Below, piece by piece: positions 10,567 to 21,553 of a DNA stretch of 64,000 bases. How positions within the stretch are numbered: position 1 is the first letter of the stretch; every line of letters begins with the position of its first letter. Source of the DNA: Fistulifera solaris. Its lineage: Eukaryota. The position numbers and the translations under genes are program-made. Location: positions 1,550,001 to 1,614,000 of the forward strand of contig AP026126.1 in the NCBI GenBank assembly GCA_030295235.1, written 5' to 3'. The notes below the pieces were generated by a model, which ran no database searches, was not told where the DNA came from, and worked only from the letters and a program-made list of their open reading frames with translations.

Positions 10567-13500
10567 ATGGTGATCCCAATGAGACCGGGCTCTAGAGGAG
10601 TATCCTCGAGGCCGCCCTTGTATTCACAACTATTTCATGCCAGGAATCGGACGGATTTGATTGATTTGACCAGTATGGAAGAAGAAGCCGCACCAGATGA
10701 AAGTAGAGGGTGTGTCGCGTTCAGTCAAGACGCAGTGGAAACCGTTCGGGAAGACTCACGCCGTTTATCCTGGACTGGTGGTTATCCTTCGGAAATTCAC
10801 GTCACATCCCCCCGAGAGAATCTTTCTTGCGCACAACCTCGGAAAGCAGGAAGCCCGCGCATTGACAACAGCGATATACAGTCGCATGGGCATAACGCAC
10901 AGAGAACGGAATATGGATGGTCAGCTCATGATTATCCCTCCGTTGTGAATGTGACCGTCATTGATGATGTTTCAGAAATGGGTTTTCAAAGCCAGAATGG
11001 AGATCAGATGAGTGCTAAAGAGAGTGTTGCATCGAGACCAATAGTCGTGCGCTCTCAGGCCTATTTTCAGAACCAGCAAAGTAAGCCTACATCTGGTGAA
11101 TCGCATATAACAGCTGGCGATATGCTCTCAAGAATGAAAGCAATAACAAATCGTATGAAAGCAGAGTCTTTGATTGTAAGAGGAATTGGTGTTGAAAATG
11201 GTCAAACACAGTCGCAAACTTCGTCCACTGTTGTGACGGGCCATGCTATTGTTGACGGCACGGAAATTCGTCGCGATCATCGCGATGACTTACCTCTGGA
11301 GGTAAACATCAAAGAAAGGAATGATCCCCGAGATGGAGTTCATGTGGTTCCGCCTACTTATAATGCAGTAAAGAGTATTGATACCATTCCCGGGGAAGTC
11401 AATGTATCATTGAATACGAGCACTGCGTTGAGTTATGCTCAAGCAATCTATCAACCAAGCGATATTGTGTGCGGAGACGGTGGCAAAGAAAGCCAGGAAA
11501 TTGAGGACTCGAGAGATCTACAGACTTCTCGGTCGTCGCAATCCTCCCGATCTTCTAAATCAGCGTTTCTACGATCTTTGAGTCGTCGACTAAGTGAAAA
11601 GTTGAAACGCAACGGCACAGCTAGTAAAGGCTTTGAGTCACTGACACAATCACTCAGTGAACCATTTGTCGCTCCTGCGGCAGAGCAGGCTGTTCGTGTC
11701 CGAGATATTGAATCACTAGGCTTGGGCAGTCCCGAAATCATCGACCTTAACGATTATGAAGATAACAACGCTCCGCTTACAAAAGCCGAGTCCGCACCAA
11801 CGGGTGTGGTGGAGAGCAAAAACGAAATGGTGTACGATCGCGACGATAATCCGCCGGCACAAGAAAGCGACGATCAGGCTGCTACAGCAGAGGATCCGGT
11901 AACGAAGAAACCGAGCGAGTTGGTCGAAGAAAAAAGTGACTGCGTCGAAGCGACAGAAAATATTGAAGTAAAGCCTGCTGACGGGGGCACTGAAAAAGAG
12001 TGCAACGAAGTCAATGGTTGTGACATTGGAGACGAAAAATCTCTCGACGTTGACCCTGATGCTTCCGAATCAGATACGAAAACCATTACTCCTATTGCTC
12101 GCGGTAGAGAGCGCTCCCGTTTGTCAAGAGCTACCCGCAAAAGAAAAATTACGGGACGCTCATTTTCGAGTTCTCGGGACATGAATCCTTTGGCAACAAT
12201 TCAGGGAGCGGTTCCCATCTCAGTCACAAACACAGAGAAAGACGCCAACAAGATCAATTCCAAAGATCTCCTGGATCAATTCAATTATCTGAAGACTGAA
12301 GAGCTTTTTATTGAAAAAACGTCGGAAGAAAAGACTCATCCCAACAAGGAAGTCACATTCGACGTACTTAGTCATGCTGATCGTGAAGAATCGCAGAATC
12401 ACAACGCGAATGTAAACAGCAAAAAAAACGATTGTAGCCATTCCGAGCGAAAGAAAAGACACAGAAGATTTTATTACTTTTGATTCGAGTACCTTTAACA
12501 AGAATGACGATCACTTTCCGAACGTCAAAAAGACGAATGTTTAAAAGACGAATGCTTAAAAGGTCGAAAAACTCAGCCTCGCTCATTGAAACTCAATGCG
12601 AGTGACTATGAAATGACGTCAAGTGGAAGTTCAACATGCGAAGTGGAAGTCGAGGATCTGTACGTCAGTTCAAGTAATTCCGACGAAGGAAAAGCGACTA
12701 GAGCCGCTTCGATGAAGAATCTCATACAAGGCCGTTCGTCCGAAGAAGGGGGAAGATATGGGCTCAGTCTTGTACACAAACTCGTCTGAGTCAGACCTGG
12801 AGCCAGATTACGATATTTACGATCAATGTGTAATGCCTTTTATTCCAAGCTTTCTAGACACAGCTTGTGCCTGGCTTGATGGTGAAGACTATGGAATACG
12901 CCCTCAGCAAGCAGCTCAATCGCGCCTATATAAACTCCAGAAAAACAAAAACAAGAAGATTATTGGACAGAGAACGAACAGCGACAAGAACAGTCGATCC
13001 GAGAACAAGACGAGTAGTAACTCGAAGGGTGCGAAGAACTTAAATTTACGCGAAGTATCAAGATTCGCAAGGCCAAGAAAAATGGTTGATCCCAAGACGG
13101 AAGTAAGACAAATCAAAGGCAAATCCAACAAATCGCCGCAAACAACATTACCACGACATCAAGCGTCAGCTATAGAGTCACAAACAAAGGATGTCGGTGA
13201 GGGAGGTGACCAGTCGGTGGGCAGAGACGAGTTGAAGCCGGAACAACTGAACAACGCTGTTGAGCCAGTTCGTTTCACTTTTTCAGATGGCAAGAGGAAA
13301 ACGAAACCGTCCGAAGAGAGTGCCAGTCCTTCTGATACTCTTGAACTAAAAACTCTCAAACGAAATCCATCCTTTGAACCTCAACCTACAAGTCCGACGG
13401 ACGAGAGAAATGAAAATACCCAAATGGATGTGCGAGGAGGCCAAGAATCGCCATTTCGCAAGAAGCTCCAAGAAAGGATGGAAAGTATCAAGTGTCGCGA

Positions 13501-14366
13501 TCCGATAGGGGATGGAGAAAAGTCTTTTGTATCAAACAACAACTCCAAATCAAAAATCTCTTCGCATCTTTCCAAACAGCAGTCGCCGTTGCGCGTACCC
13601 CAGGATCCTCCTCCTAGTCTTTCACCAAAGGCACTTCAATCGAGCGACGTTCTGCGTTCACCAAAGCAAGCTGAGATAGTTAAGATAAGTCCCAAAACGA
13701 AGCCCAGTGAAGAAGAGAGAATAAGTTCAGTAAACATGCATGCTAGCCGCTCCAGCCATTTGCCCGGAACGGCATCATCTCCCTGTTCAGGACAAGCAAA
13801 TGGCTACGTTCCGAGACGGCAGACTAATTGTAACCGAAGCGCTCCCCACTTCTCATACGAAAACAAATCGGCAGATTGGAAGCTACAGAGAGTCTTTACA
13901 ATCTCCTCCTCAAGGGGCCAGCAACGAACGCCCGTTTGATGAGTTTGCTCCAAATAAAAGCAAAGTTGCCGACGCGTGTATCGGTGACAAGCTTCGCGAT
14001 CAGAACTCCAAGACTCTTACGAGTGCAGCTGGTGGCCCGGAAACATTGCAGGGCATTCGGGCACGGCGTCGCTTGATAGAGCAAAAGCAATATGCCTCAT
14101 CGTCACGCAATCGTACTTTATACCAAGAACGTCACGACAAACTGGTCGCTCAGGAGCAAACACTTAGGGCTGGTAAAGCAAACCAATCTGACTCCGTCTC
14201 ACCTCGAACGTCTAGCGAGCACAGGGAGGACGAGCAAGCAAAAGGAAGGCAAGCTCGTTCTCGATCACCTTCCAATCGCAATGAAAGGGCCGCGTACAGC
14301 AATGCAACGCTACTAGCAAGAATGGGCAGGAGAATTCGACAGAGTGCGAGGCACCTATCGATATAA
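10567..14366 (+). CDS. Large low-complexity/disordered hypothetical protein; ORFs 10567-12483, 12586-12789, 12758-13939 and 13740-14366 probably one gene broken by indels or introns
   Basis: Consecutive same-strand ORFs with continuous S/E/K/R-rich composition; breaks near A-runs (e.g. 12421-12428). No recognisable domain. Confidence 0.55.
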
Positions 14367-14380
14367 TTGATGTAGAGTTG

Positions 14381-14672
14381 ATGGCTTCCTTTGCGGAAAT
14401 AATTGAGAACGAGCGAAATGCAGCCCTAGAGCTTGTGGAAAAGCTTCGTCAACGCGCTTCTTCACTGCAAAAGCGCCACAGGGTTCGCAATCGGCATCCT
14501 CAAAACAACGACGGATTTCAAGAACAAGACATACCCTTTAACGATTCTGGCACTTCAAGTCGTAGACAGGAATGGGAAGGACATGGTTATAGCATATCAG
14601 CAGCGTAAGAATTCTTACAATAATAATCATCAATCATACAATTCTGATATTGTGAATGGAGACAGTGGATAG
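14381..14672 (+). CDS. Short hypothetical coiled-coil protein, or terminal part of the upstream gene
   Basis: MASFAEIIENERNAALELVEKLRQRA has helical/coiled-coil character; an overlapping frame continues to 14672. Confidence 0.3.
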
Positions 14673-14737
14673 GAGGGAGCGTTCAACGGACAATTGTCAT
14701 AAAAGTAGGTAACAGACAACTTTATTTATCGATACCA

Positions 14738-16015
14738 TCACTCTATCTTTCGGGTGGAAATACCCGTCGGTGTAGGAGGAACGCGAAGGGTTCCCCAAAA
14801 TGCGTCACAAAACGTAAATATTTGCCCGTAGTTGTAGATGTAATGAGTGTGGTGCATCGTGTGATACTTCGATCCCATGATGGGGTCAATATTCCAATCC
14901 ATAGCATCATGGATGTAGGTCGCCCAGACCGCGGTGAAGAACAGCAATATCAAATGTGTGAGATAGTGGCAAGGGCAAACCAATCCTGCTAAAACATACG
15001 GCGATGCTTGAAGCATCCCATCCAATGGATGGAACGCAATACTCGCCCACGGCGTCAACGTTTCCGCTTTATTGTATTTGTGATGCGGCATATGGACATG
15101 CTTGTATAACCACTTGTTTGTATGCAGAGTTCGGTGAACCCAGTAAATACCAATTTCCACCATGGCCATGTAAAGCAGAAAGTAAAAAGCATACCAGCCC
15201 CAACCTCCGATCTCTTGCACCGTGAAGTAACTGGCGGTAAAGCCCTTTTCAATGAGAAATTCGTCAATCACGGGCAGCATGACATAGATAATCATACTGG
15301 TTTGCGCCATAACAATTTGATCCAGTATAGTCGCCAAAGAGGGACGCTTACGCTTCGCAAATATTTCCTCCGATATGGGATGAATGTAGCAAAAGTAGTG
15401 AAAGACCGAGGCCGTGCCATAGTAAACAATGATCCCCGCAATCAAGTTGCGTAAATAGCACAAAAGATAATGAGACCACTCCAATGAATTTGAAACATAA
15501 GGCACCAGCTCTTGGGTAAGTCGAGCGGAAAAGGCAGTGGGTAGGAAAATGGAATTGAGATAAGCATTTAGATTGCGGCAGGGCTGCTGGAGTGGCTCGT
15601 TGTCAAGGAATGCCGCGTAGATGGATGAATAGGAAACGCCATTGTGAATGAACTCTGTTTCGGGTGTCGCTATACGCTCTAACCATTTAACACCAGGAAA
15701 CGGAACTGATTATTGTCAACGAAAATGCATAGCATAAACGAAGGAAAAAGGCCAAAATTCCCAAAACAAAAACAGAATGTGAGAAAAGGTCGATGTAAAT
15801 TCCCGAAAAGTCGATCAGAATTCTTTTCAGTCCTAGATGCCTCGGATTCGCATTTCGCACATACCATCGGCCGGCAAATTCATCAAATCAGAGAGCCATG
15901 GTGTTACTTGGATGAGGTCGGCCAGTATATTCTGTTCAAACAAAGCTGCTGCGACAAGACTAGTTACACTGGCAAGCGTGAAAACCTGCAGTGATCGTCG
16001 AATGCGAATCATCAT
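14738..16015 (-). CDS. ERG3: Sterol C5-desaturase (ERG3/SC5D/DWF7-like fatty-acid hydroxylase family); intron 15706-15864
   Basis: His boxes HRTLH, HMPHH, HTMHH; TPWASIAFHPLDGMLQ; YNYGQ. Upstream exon 16015-15865 joins in phase 1 across a GTATGT...AATCAG intron. Confidence 0.88.
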
Positions 16016-16523
16016 GGTTTCACTTGGCAGTCAATGAACACCGAGTTCGGTTTCGGGTTGTTTCTTACAATGCCAATAGAGAAAGGGCGAGGCGTTGTGT
16101 TTAGTGCGAGTTGCGTGCGGTCGTGGTCCTGCGGTCCATGCTTGAATTCTGTGCGACCACGCCCCTCCACGGACGAAACGTCTTTCCGGCACTGATTGTT
16201 TAGAAGCGTGACCGAAATTGATTATCAACGGAAATGGTGCAATTCGATCATCCTTTGTGCAGCTACTACGTACCAACATTTGTGTCCTACCGGTGTGTCT
16301 TATAGTGCGTAAATAATAATAGTGTACACCCGACGAGAGGGGGAAAAGGATAGGGCTAAGAACTTTCTGTTCTGTTCCATTTCCGAGGTTCGCCGAAACG
16401 ACCGTCTCCGTTTCGGCAAAAAAAAGAAATCCGAGACACGAGACACCATTCCGTCATTGAAAGCAATTGTAGGGATTCTAATTCACCAATTTCGCTTTAC
16501 AACTCTTGATCGTAAGGCGGAAC

Positions 16524-17143
16524 ATGCGTGCACCAATGAAAACGTTTCTTGTTTGGAGCCCACTGCTCCTGTGCTTTGTTTTGAAGGCGCAAGCCTTTCA
16601 ACATTGTGGTTTCGTTCAAACTTTGAGAACTTTTTCGACGGCCCGGCCCGTGTCATTCACGGTTTCGGATCTTGAATTGGATGACTACCGTGATTATGAA
16701 ACAGTAAAAAGCCATCTGGTCCATTCGAAACATGCAGAACAAATTGCTGGGGTGTACAGAATTCTGAGCAAGACGCAATATGTAAACTTTTGACGTCGGT
16801 GGGAACGAACAAAATCGTTGTACTGAAAATATTCGCTCCTTGGTGCCGCGCTTGCAAGGCTCTGGCGCCCAAGTTCTCGCAAATAACCCAAGATGAGAAA
16901 TACAACAACAACTTGCCCATTGTTTGGGCCGAATTGAGTGTACAGTACAACAAAGAACTTGTCGTCGATGAACTCGCGGTAGACGCCCTTCCTACGGTAC
17001 AATTTTATGTGGATGGAAGACTCGAAGATAGCTTTGCGTGTGGGCCGACCAAGCGTGTGTTACTCAAGCGCAGACTCGCCCAGATGATCAATGCCAACGT
17101 CGACGCGCAAACACGACAACTTAAACTACGCTCCTCAGCCTAG
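16524..17143 (+). CDS. Plastid-targeted thioredoxin-like protein (WCRAC); apparent indel at T-run 16788-16791
   Basis: Signal peptide ending AQA-F plus transit-like segment; VVLKIFAPWCRACK; cis-Pro motif ALPTVQFY; FACGP. Confidence 0.8.
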
Positions 17144-17981
17144 TTGTTCACGCCCCTTTCAACTGCTATAGCAATTTACTTTTAGATTTTAAACTGACGA
17201 CCACGAAGCTTTTGTAGACTATTTGATTCATTTTGTGAGATCTTGAGTTCAATCGCCAGATTCATTTCAACCATTTTCTGTGATTTTAGCATCCCCTGCG
17301 GATAGTTTTATCGCACTCCTCTAGGTTAGACTTGCGCACAGATAGACGAGAGAGTCAAAAATTATCTTGATTTTCCGATGATTTCACTCCTGGCGACAAC
17401 TGTTCAAGTCACAGAAGGGTCAAAAACATAAAACCAGCTGTCGACGTCAGCATTGTGACCGTTGACCGTTGTGTCGCTTTGAAGATTTGAAGTAGGCATA
17501 CGGTACACAAACGACAATCGATCGAAGTCCACACTACTTTTGGTAGGATACTTGAGAGAGGAATGCTTTTCTTTACCCTAGCTGGTAGTACCCTTCCACG
17601 TAAGCAAGTAGGCTCACGTAGTACGATTAACGCATGGTGTTTCGGCAGACAGACGTGTTCGGGTACCGTTCACCCACGAAACAAGCACTCCTATTACCGG
17701 TACTCATACTGCGGAGTTGTTCGTGGAGGAGAGGCGAACGTTTAACCAAGAAGTCTTTTCCCTATTTTTTGGGCGATGCTTCACCTCCATCAGTCTCTCT
17801 CTTTGGCATTACCTCCAATCTTTGTTTCTCTTTGCTTTTCCAACGAAAGCTTGGCTGTACTTCATAGCGCGCCCTAAAGCCGTTCAAGGTGATCTATTGA
17901 TTTAAACGCACCTCTATCGGCCAAAGTTTCTCTTTGCAAAGCAACACAAATTGATCCTGTTGAAAAGACCGTTACAACAAT

Positions 17982-19960
17982 ATGCGTCTCGCTTGCTATT
18001 ATTCACTTTTGCTAGCAAGTACTTCCGTATGGTCTTTTTCGGTCACACGAAGTCCTGTATTCTCTGCTATCGCACCTCATCGCCCGCATTCTTTAACCTC
18101 GTCGTCCCTACATCCGTATACGTCATTGGCTGTCTCGACGTCGTCGCATCCGAGTTCGACGTTCGCTCCGGAACTGGGCAGTGACGGTCTGTTTCATTTA
18201 CAAAACAAAGAGCAGCATGCGGAGCTCATGAAATCAGTCGGACAGGACAAGATTGTCGTACTGAAAGTCTACGCTCCCTGGTGCCGAGCTTGTAAGGCTC
18301 TCGAAGCAAAATTTTTACAAGTTCGACACGACCCGAAATATAGTAACCTTCCAATTGTCTGGGCGGATTTAACAATTCAACACAACAAGGAATTTATCAA
18401 GCAGTTGGGTGTGCTGGCGTTACCTACGGTTCAGTTTTATGTACAGGGTCGTCTGATTGATACATTCGCTTGCGGTCCATCGAAAGTGCCGATATTGAAA
18501 CGTAAACTTGCTTCGACAGTCAATAAGCACGTCGATCCAGCTACGATGCAGTTGAAACCTTTAGATATGAGTGCAATAGAGCTATCATATCAAGAGGGCA
18601 GCTATGAGGGAGTTGATATGGACTCGGAGCAAGCAGACGACGTAACAGTGACGACTCCGGCAGCAACCAGTCCCAAGGCTTTGTTGAAATCACCCTACCG
18701 ACCTGCACCCGCGGCTTTTGCAAAAGTCGATCTCGATGCTGAACTATCAGCTGAAGATCGCAAACACATGGAATCAATCCCATACTTTTCGGAACTTTCT
18801 CTGGCAGATCGTGACGAGGTTGCGGAAAAAGCAACCCTGGTCACTTTTGCACCAGGCAGTATCATTCTCCGAGAAGGAACACCTGGCAATTCCTTCTATA
18901 TGCTCAGCTCAGGATCCGTGGAAATTTGTCAAGCTGCGACGTATTTATCTGATCCGCTCGTTTCACCACCTCCTTCCTATCTAGGAACGGTCATTAACGT
19001 TCTAGAAAATCCAGGAGACTACTTTGGCGAACGAGCCTTGCTAACTGGTGAGCCACGCGCTGCAAGTATTCGAGCAAGCGACCAAGAGACAAAAGTGTGG
19101 GTATGGGACAAAAGGATTTTCCAGCTAGTTCGGTTTTATCAGGACGAACAAAGTTCGCCTCAGCGCGCAACGTTTCAGTGGACGACAAGTACGGTCTCAG
19201 TGTCGTTTCGTTGCAATCCGATACCGCCGATTGGCAACAGCGTACTGTCAACGTTGCCAATCAGGTACGTGGAAGCACAAACTCGCCCTACATTATTCGC
19301 GGAGTAGATACAGATGATGATGTAGAATACGATGAAGAGGTGCTGACAAGCTCATCGAATGAATTTGCGGTGAAAAGAAGCGACGAAGTCATTTTGTCAC
19401 TGTTGTCGAAGTTCAAGATGGTGCGCTCGATACGCAATTGTTTGAACTATTTAGTTAAAACACGGGCGACCTGGGGTGATTCAGGGAATCGCATACGGCG
19501 CTCTTTGTTAGTGTCGCGACTGACGCCTGCACAGCGGGCCGAATTCGCGGAGGCTTTTGAATTTTCGGATGCCAACGGCGACGGGCAGATTGAACTGCAG
19601 GAATTGAAGCGAATTGTTTACAGCATGAACAGTGGAGAAGAGGGAGAAAACGAAGCATTGGACCAGGAATTGCAAGTCGCAATTGAAAGAAACAGCGCAG
19701 GACCGGCCGTGTTAGATTATACCGATTTTATGGGCATCATGGCAGAATCTGAATTTTACTTCCTTTTCAACGACATTTTTGCTTCGCTCGATACGAACAA
19801 TTCTGGTTATGTGAAAGCGATGGACCTCGATCGAGTACTATCTGGAGTCCGCGATCTGATCAGTGATGACCGAAACAGTATCATTGACGTGGAAGATCAA
19901 GACATGCTGATCGACTACGAGCAATTTACACGCATGTTACTAGGTACAAGTCTGCAATGA
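17982..19960 (+). CDS. Plastid-targeted multidomain protein: thioredoxin (WCRAC) + cyclic-nucleotide-binding domain + EF-hands; apparent 1-bp deletion at A-run 19110-19113
   Basis: Signal peptide ending VWS-F plus S/T-rich transit peptide; WCRAC at 18279-18293; cNMP domain IPYFSEL...IILREG..GNSFYMLSSGSVEI...GDYFGERALLTGEPRAASI; EF loops DANGDGQIELQE (19568) and DTNNSGYVKAMD (19790). Confidence 0.82.
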
Positions 19961-20405
19961 GGTACATGACGTATCGTGTTGAAGAACTACCACATCTTTG
20001 GCAATGAGGCACATGTCACATTTTCCCACTTAACAACGACGCACGCCGCTTGCAAACATTAATCAATACAAAGCGCTCTTTCATATCATCGAACGTCTTT
20101 GAATCTAGATAATTGGAACCATCAATGAGACCCGTAGGCCTCGGACTCGAAGGGAGTTAAGAAATACCGGTAGACGTAAATCCTTGGAACTGGGATGAAA
20201 TATTGAAACTTGGAACCCTTTCTCAGTACCGGAACGACGTGATGTCCTTTATTCATTCGTGTGCTTCGATGACGTATAGTCCAGTACTGTTTGCCCCCAG
20301 TGAAAAAGGACGCGAAATGAAGAAACAAACGTTTGCCTCGTTTTTGGGTTGCAACTTTTATTACAGTATTATTTATTTATTTGTCATTGATTACTTGTGA
20401 AACCG

Positions 20406-21155
20406 ATGAGCATCATGAAAGCATCATCTACAATTATTTGTCTCTACTTTCTAGTGGCACCTACTTCGTGGGCTTGGGTGAATCATCCCAAAACAGGCAG
20501 TCAAGTACCTGTAGTTCGATCGTCGTTCAACACGAAATCTTCCCCCACGCGCTTGAATGGATTCTTGGAAGACATTTTCAGCAAGGCGCAATCTTTCGGA
20601 AAGAAAAACGTCGTGGAAGCTATTGAACCTCCCCAATACGACCCTGTTACGATTGAACCTGACTTTCGTGTCGCGGCTTTGTTCTTAGGGTCTGGCATCC
20701 TCTTGGACACCATCCCTTACATTCAGTTGACGCTCGGCCCTCTTGTCACGCTTTTGGGACTCCTCTTTCTGGTGCAAACATTTCGCATTCGTTTTGTTCT
20801 TAATGAAGACAATGCTTTGGAACTACTAACCGTGAATCCCTTTACCGGCGAGACGAAGGATTCGGGAGAGAACGTCGTGGTGGGCGGAGCCAATGTTTGG
20901 GCGACTTCGTCAATTGTGAACTACGACTTCTTTCCTCCTATCGACAGTTCCCCAGTTGGACCTATTCTGGTGTATTTTAAGGAGACGCAAACACCTTCCG
21001 AAACTTGGAATCAAGGTCCTGGTGCCAAAGCCAATGATCCGGAGAAAATTGCGGCTGGCGAAGCTGTAGCTGGACAAGTGCATTTCTTCCCGGCCGTTTG
21101 CAAGTCAGAGCAGCTGCGGGACGAGTTTGTGAAGCGACAGGTTGCTAAGCTTTAG
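20406..21155 (+). CDS. Plastid membrane protein, DUF3119 family
   Basis: Bipartite presequence (SWA-W); two TM helices; LFLVQTFRIRF, GENVVVGGAN, PILVYFKETQT and GQVHFFP match my memory of the cyanobacterial/plastid DUF3119 family. Confidence 0.72.
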   Translation: MSIMKASSTIICLYFLVAPTSWAWVNHPKTGSQVPVVRSSFNTKSSPTRLNGFLEDIFSKAQSFGKKNVVEAIEPPQYDPVTIEPDFRVAALFLGSGILLDTIPYIQLTLGPLVTLLGLLFLVQTFRIRFVLNEDNALELLTVNPFTGETKDSGENVVVGGANVWATSSIVNYDFFPPIDSSPVGPILVYFKETQTPSETWNQGPGAKANDPEKIAAGEAVAGQVHFFPAVCKSEQLRDEFVKRQVAKL

Positions 21156-21553
21156 TTGAAAGGCATTGCGTCTATTTTCTTTAGAAGCTTTTTGGTGCGA
21201 ATGAATAGAACTAGGGTAAAATTGAATGGCGCACCGGTATCCATATTGAGTACTCAATACTATCTTGTATGCGATTTCGGAGAATTATGTCGTTTGATAA
21301 CTAATGCATCACATTTTGGACAGTGACGATTGTGAACCGGTTGCGTGGAAGTGACACTTTTCCAGCTGCCGGAGGGTTGCCAATGGTGGCGAAGGGAAGA
21401 TCCATCAAAAGGTTCTTCTTCTCTCTGTCGCGGTCGTGAAGATGCAATAACTGCGCTATTGCACTTTTTATAATCGCCCTGTTTCATTGCTGTTATCATC
21501 CATTCCGCACAAAGTGAATTTGATAAGCAAGCGACATAAGATTATTGCTCAAA

